From Candidatus Thalassarchaeaceae archaeon (GTDB lineage: Archaea; Thermoplasmatota; Poseidoniia; Poseidoniales; Thalassarchaeaceae), in assembly GCA_045568115.1 (NCBI GenBank), contig JBJLBO010000005.1:319468-383467 (forward strand): a stretch of 64,000 bases of DNA, written 5' to 3'. The notes under the pieces were generated by a model, which was given only the letters and a program-made list of their open reading frames with translations, searched no databases and had not been told where the DNA came from. Positions within the stretch are counted from its first letter, which is position 1, and each line of letters starts with the position of its first letter. The translations under genes and the position numbers were made by a program. This document shows, in pieces, positions 59,890 through 64,000 of this stretch.

Positions 59890-60764
59890 GGCGACTCGCT
59901 GGCATACTCATGTCTACAATCAAAGATTGGAGTGGGGCTCCAAAATTTGAGGAGGCAACATGCAAGGAATTGCATGTAGAAACTGAGTCTGGAGTTCATC
60001 TACGAGTATTACAATGGAAGCCCGATAATGAAAAGTCACAATCGGCCAGAAATTTAGTGATGATTCCAGGATGGAACTCAATTCCCGAGGGTTGGTTTCC
60101 AATTCTTTCCGAATGGGTGAAACATAGACCCTTGATCTACATTGAAACTAGGGAAAAGAGAAGTTGTAGGATTGAGGGTGATATATCAAAAAAGACATTC
60201 CAAATTCCAAGAATGGCGGCGGATATCCCACTTGTATTGAAGAAATTGGGAGTTAATGCAGAAGAATGTGATGTGATGGGTTCATCCCTTGGTGCAACTC
60301 TAATGATGGAATGTCTTCAATCGGGAGAAACAGAATTTAACAGCCTAGTTGTTATCTCACCAAATTTAGCATTCAAACCACCCATCTGGGCTAGACCATT
60401 AATTCCGGCTCCAACTATATTTTACTCAGGCCTTGTCAAATTCATCATCTGGTATCTTGATAGAAGGCTGAAAGAAGAAGGTCAAAGAATTAGATATAGA
60501 CGTACATTATTGGCTGCTGATACCAAACGACTACGCCTCTGCTCACTAGTATTCAGACATTACAAAATGTCTCTAGATTTCGCTGATGTCAAAACACCAG
60601 TGGGAGTTTTAAGAGCCTCTTCTGACACATTGCATGACCACGATGATGCAGGTATCTTGAGCGAGAAAATACCTAATTGCAGCCTTATTGAGATTGAAAG
60701 CAACCAATTTGCTCATGAGGCTGCCGCAATTCCTCTAATAGAAAACTACCAGAAATCCGTGTAA
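59886..60764 (+). CDS. alpha/beta-fold hydrolase
   Basis: It has the nucleophile elbow GSSLGATLMME (GxSxG) and a downstream Asp/His; it is 292 aa. Confidence 0.7.
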   Translation: MRRLAGILMSTIKDWSGAPKFEEATCKELHVETESGVHLRVLQWKPDNEKSQSARNLVMIPGWNSIPEGWFPILSEWVKHRPLIYIETREKRSCRIEGDISKKTFQIPRMAADIPLVLKKLGVNAEECDVMGSSLGATLMMECLQSGETEFNSLVVISPNLAFKPPIWARPLIPAPTIFYSGLVKFIIWYLDRRLKEEGQRIRYRRTLLAADTKRLRLCSLVFRHYKMSLDFADVKTPVGVLRASSDTLHDHDDAGILSEKIPNCSLIEIESNQFAHEAAAIPLIENYQKSV

Positions 60765-60774
60765 TGAGAATTTC

Positions 60775-61809
60775 TCAGGCCAACGGTGAGAATGGGTCAT
60801 CATCAAACCTACCAAGCCTATCATAGAGATTCTCGATAATTGCATATGGCCAATCTGGATTCTCTGATCCATACCTCTGACCCATCCTTTTCCCTTCACC
60901 ACCATGAAAATGGATTGGCACCTTTAGTCTGCGTAACATTCCATCGCCAAAACCACCCATAGCAAACAAGTGTTCTGAGCCATCTCTAGCAAAGACGCGA
61001 TCTGGGATTGAATCCTCATCTACTGGATTTTTCTCACAAGCCTCAACAATTGTATCAACTAATGCATCAAATGCAGCATCTAGACCTCCTTCGTGTGTTA
61101 TTGCATCAATAGAAGGAATCACTCCTAGAGGGTCTAACTCGCCAGTCAATATTTGCAACCACGTATGATGTGAAAGGCATTGGAAAATCCAAGGATCAGC
61201 AGCTACATGTCGCCAAAGCGCATATGGGCCTCGATTCCGATCTCCTGGTTCAGGAAGTAAATCATATTCAATGAAAGCATCTCTTAGTCCTCCAAGACGA
61301 GTTGGATCCATGACAATATGTGCATTTGCAAGAGTTTCTTCGGAGAGTAACCACCATTCAGGACTTTCACGACGAGTAGAAATTGAATCGTGGAATTCAT
61401 CGTAATCACCGAAGAAAGACGGGGTTTGACCATCTTGAGAATGACATCTCAACAAATGTGCTGTAACTCCTGAATCAACTCGATGATGGAAATACTCATG
61501 GTCAAATCCGAAAATAAATGCTAAATCTAAAGCCAACATTTCAACATCATCCATGCCATTAGAATTCATTGTGTTGGCAATCATGGCTGCCTGCTCTGCA
61601 AGCATATCTGCATTACAATGAATTCCCCAATTTGGATTGGCATTCAATTCATTTGTTTGTCTTTCGAACATTGGACGATACCAAAAGCACCGTAGACCAA
61701 CATCGGCTTCACCCATAGTCTCTGGATTATGTACGAATGGGGGTGCATCATCCATTCGTAAGCCCCCCATGTCTGTCATGTTCATCTGGCATCTGCCGTC
61801 ACCTATCAA
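60775..61809 (-). CDS. Hypothetical protein with an HExxH motif (possible zincin-like metallopeptidase)
   Basis: ORF of 344 aa containing FDHEYFHH (H-E-x-x-H). There is no other recognisable domain. Confidence 0.4.
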   Translation of the reverse strand: MIGDGRCQMNMTDMGGLRMDDAPPFVHNPETMGEADVGLRCFWYRPMFERQTNELNANPNWGIHCNADMLAEQAAMIANTMNSNGMDDVEMLALDLAFIFGFDHEYFHHRVDSGVTAHLLRCHSQDGQTPSFFGDYDEFHDSISTRRESPEWWLLSEETLANAHIVMDPTRLGGLRDAFIEYDLLPEPGDRNRGPYALWRHVAADPWIFQCLSHHTWLQILTGELDPLGVIPSIDAITHEGGLDAAFDALVDTIVEACEKNPVDEDSIPDRVFARDGSEHLFAMGGFGDGMLRRLKVPIHFHGGEGKRMGQRYGSENPDWPYAIIENLYDRLGRFDDDPFSPLA

Positions 61810-61833
61810 GCGATTGTCTGATGAAGGGCACGC

Positions 61834-63999
61834 TTGCCCTCCTATACGAGAGACATGCGAGCCCAGTCCTCCTCCTTCGATGTCGCGCGCATCGTAGACG
61901 AATTACGAGAGATGATCGGGGTACGTGCAAGAAAAGCCTACCAACCACATTACGAGCAGGTTGTTTTACGACTGAATCAGAAGGGAAAACCGTCTACAGA
62001 TTTGGTTATTGTTTGTGGAAAAAGAATCTATCTATCTCAACGGGATAGACCAATGCCAACAAATCCTTCACCATTTGCAATGAAACTCCGTAAGCATCTT
62101 TCTAATTCTCGTCTGATTGAAGTCAATCAATTAGGATTTGATAGGGTAATATCCCTCACCTTTGAGCATGGAAGAGGGCGATTGAAATTAATCATCGAAT
62201 TATTCCGTGATGGTAATGTTCTTCTTCTTGATGATAAAGATGTCATAATTCAACCACTAACTCATGCTAAATATGCTAGCAGGTCTCTGAAAAGTGGAGA
62301 AAATTATACTCCACCTCCAGCCACTGTTGACCCAAGAAACTTGAATCTAGATGAACTAGATGAACTTCTTGATTCTTCAGATCATAGCTTGATTCGTACT
62401 CTGGCGGCTAGAGTTAATCTTGGACGAATCTATGGAAATGCAATCGCGACTTCTGCTGGAATCGAGTTGGACGAACCTGCAAACAGTCTGGATGAAGAAC
62501 AGCGTAAAGATTTGGGGGGTTCAATGAAAAAACTACTCACAGAATTAGCAAATGGAGATTGTTCTTATCTCTGGTTTACCAACATAAAATCTCTAGATGC
62601 CTGGAAAGAAGCTGCAGACAACCCAATGGCTCGTGATTCAGCAAGTGTTGAAATTGAAGAGTTTTCTCCAATTGCACTTCCTTTCATGAATACTGAACTA
62701 ATGGTTGAGATTGAAAGTCTTTCAGGAGCATATGATGCAATATTTGGGGCTCATGATGCTATTGCTTACATCAGACGTGAAGAAGAAAAATTAGTCGCGG
62801 CTGGTGAAGATGAAGAAGAACAGCGAGCCAAACTCAACCGAAGAGCAGAACAACAGAAATCTGCTATCACGCGCTTTGAATCACAAGCGGTTCTTACTCA
62901 AGAGCTAGCTAAGTCCATTCAAGACAATTGGACACATGTAGATGAACTCCTAAGTCAGGTTAACTCATTCATTGAATCAGATAGTTGGCAGGCTCTAGAG
63001 ACTAAAACCAGCGATATAATCTGGATTGATCGTGTTGATCCTGCAAAAAGAACCATTCTAGCAAGATTACCTGATGAAGACAATGAACCCGGTGCTAGTG
63101 TTACTTTACACATTGAAAAATCAGTTCACCAAAACGCGCAGCAGTACTTTGAGCAGGCTCGCACTCTGAAGGATAAGGCGAAAGGGGCACGTACCGCTTT
63201 GGAGCGAACTGAAAATGCTGCAGCAAAAGAAGAAGCTCGTAGAAAGAAGGATGCTGCTGCAGGAAAAGTTAGAATTGCAAAGAGAAGCAAGAGGTTCTGG
63301 TTTGAGAAGCATCGTTGGGGAATTCTTAGTGATGGCAGGCTAGTCGTAGGTGGAAGAGATGCAAAAGGAAATGATACCATTGTGCGCAAATATCTGAAAT
63401 CTACCGATTTATACATTCATGCAGATTTACACGGAGCCCCATCATGCTCTTTGAGACTGCGTGATGGACTAATTACTGATGAAAATCCAATAGGATTTGT
63501 ACCAGAGGGAGTAACAAGTCTTCGAATAGCCCAAGAATTGGCTGGAGACATTGATGATGCTCAGAATCTACCTGCAAATATTATCGAAGAAGCAGCACAA
63601 ATGGCTATCTGTTGGTCACGTGCATGGGGCAGTGGAGGGGCTGCAGCAACCGCTTTCCACGCTAGGCCTAGTCAGGTTTCAAAGCAAACCGAGAGCGGTG
63701 AATCTCTTGGCCGGGGTTCATTTGTAGTTAGAGGACAGCGGACTTGGTATCGAGACATCTCGATGGAAATTGCAATCGGATTTTCAATTATCAATGGAAT
63801 TCCAATTCCAGTATCAGGTACTGCAGAAGGTGTGTCAAAACTCTGTGAAAGATGGGCTCTGATTACGCCAGGACGGGAGAAGAAAGAAACAATTGCTAAT
63901 CGAATTGCTAAATCTACTGGACTGGCTCAAGATGATGTCCTCGCCGCTTTACCACCTGGTAACTGCTCAATTGATAATCATGGATTAATTCAATCTTGA
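61834..63999 (+). CDS. NFACT-family protein (FbpA/Tae2/RqcH-like ribosome quality control homolog), 3'-truncated by the window end
   Basis: NFACT-N is FDVARIVDELREMIGVRARKAYQPHYEQVVLRL...LIIELFRDGNVLLLD. A coiled-coil middle follows. NFACT-R/DUF814 is WFEKHRWGILSDGRLVVGGRDAKGNDTIVRKYLKSTDLYIHADLHGAPSC. No stop codon appears before position 64000. Confidence 0.75.
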   Translation: MPSYTRDMRAQSSSFDVARIVDELREMIGVRARKAYQPHYEQVVLRLNQKGKPSTDLVIVCGKRIYLSQRDRPMPTNPSPFAMKLRKHLSNSRLIEVNQLGFDRVISLTFEHGRGRLKLIIELFRDGNVLLLDDKDVIIQPLTHAKYASRSLKSGENYTPPPATVDPRNLNLDELDELLDSSDHSLIRTLAARVNLGRIYGNAIATSAGIELDEPANSLDEEQRKDLGGSMKKLLTELANGDCSYLWFTNIKSLDAWKEAADNPMARDSASVEIEEFSPIALPFMNTELMVEIESLSGAYDAIFGAHDAIAYIRREEEKLVAAGEDEEEQRAKLNRRAEQQKSAITRFESQAVLTQELAKSIQDNWTHVDELLSQVNSFIESDSWQALETKTSDIIWIDRVDPAKRTILARLPDEDNEPGASVTLHIEKSVHQNAQQYFEQARTLKDKAKGARTALERTENAAAKEEARRKKDAAAGKVRIAKRSKRFWFEKHRWGILSDGRLVVGGRDAKGNDTIVRKYLKSTDLYIHADLHGAPSCSLRLRDGLITDENPIGFVPEGVTSLRIAQELAGDIDDAQNLPANIIEEAAQMAICWSRAWGSGGAAATAFHARPSQVSKQTESGESLGRGSFVVRGQRTWYRDISMEIAIGFSIINGIPIPVSGTAEGVSKLCERWALITPGREKKETIANRIAKSTGLAQDDVLAALPPGNCSIDNHGLIQS

Positions 64000-64000
64000 T

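Overview
This is a dense, gene-rich chromosomal segment with about 46 protein-coding genes on both strands and two tRNA genes (tRNA-Leu anticodon UAG on the minus strand, tRNA-Gln anticodon CUG on the plus strand). It looks archaeal and is probably from a marine Thermoplasmatota / Marine-Group-II-like euryarchaeon; that placement is an inference. It rests on archaeal-type shikimate genes (aroA', aroB', a GHMP-type shikimate kinase), an HTH_10/Bat-type regulator, PGF-CTERM-like C-terminal anchors and an NFACT protein, seen next to bacterial-type genes (gpsA, a MacB-type ABC transporter). I saw no CRISPR array, transposase or integrase. From start to end the window holds: a partial MoeB/rhodanese E1-like gene; a fused 2-oxoacid dehydrogenase E1 alpha/beta with an unusual N-terminal extension; a Na+/Ca2+ exchanger; an acyl-CoA dehydrogenase; a molybdenum-hydroxylase (CoxS/L/M-type) cluster with mocA-like, xdhC, an HTH regulator, a ZIP transporter and two S8 proteases, with coxSLM markedly more GC-rich than its surroundings; a MoxR-DUF58-DUF4350-type module; an archaeal shikimate operon (aroA'-aroB'-aroK-aroC); xth; a MacB-type ABC transporter followed on the same strand by a 694-aa membrane protein and a 977-aa extremely acidic multi-EF-hand cell-surface protein with a PGF-CTERM anchor; gpsA; a Gar1-like protein carrying two eukaryote-type RanBP2 zinc fingers and RG/RGG tails; SAH hydrolase; a 2131-aa FG-GAP surface protein; aconitase; a membrane-anchored cyclophilin; 2-oxoacid:ferredoxin oxidoreductase alpha/beta; an aldo-keto reductase; a NUDIX/metallo-beta-lactamase fusion; LemA; an alpha/beta hydrolase; and a 3'-truncated NFACT (RqcH-like) gene. 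The best candidates for something new are the EF-hand surface protein with its membrane protein and MacB-type transporter, the Gar1/RanBP2/RGG protein, the CoxM subunit with a Cys-rich insertion, and the 18-bp perfect palindrome in the ZIP/xdhC divergent promoter.
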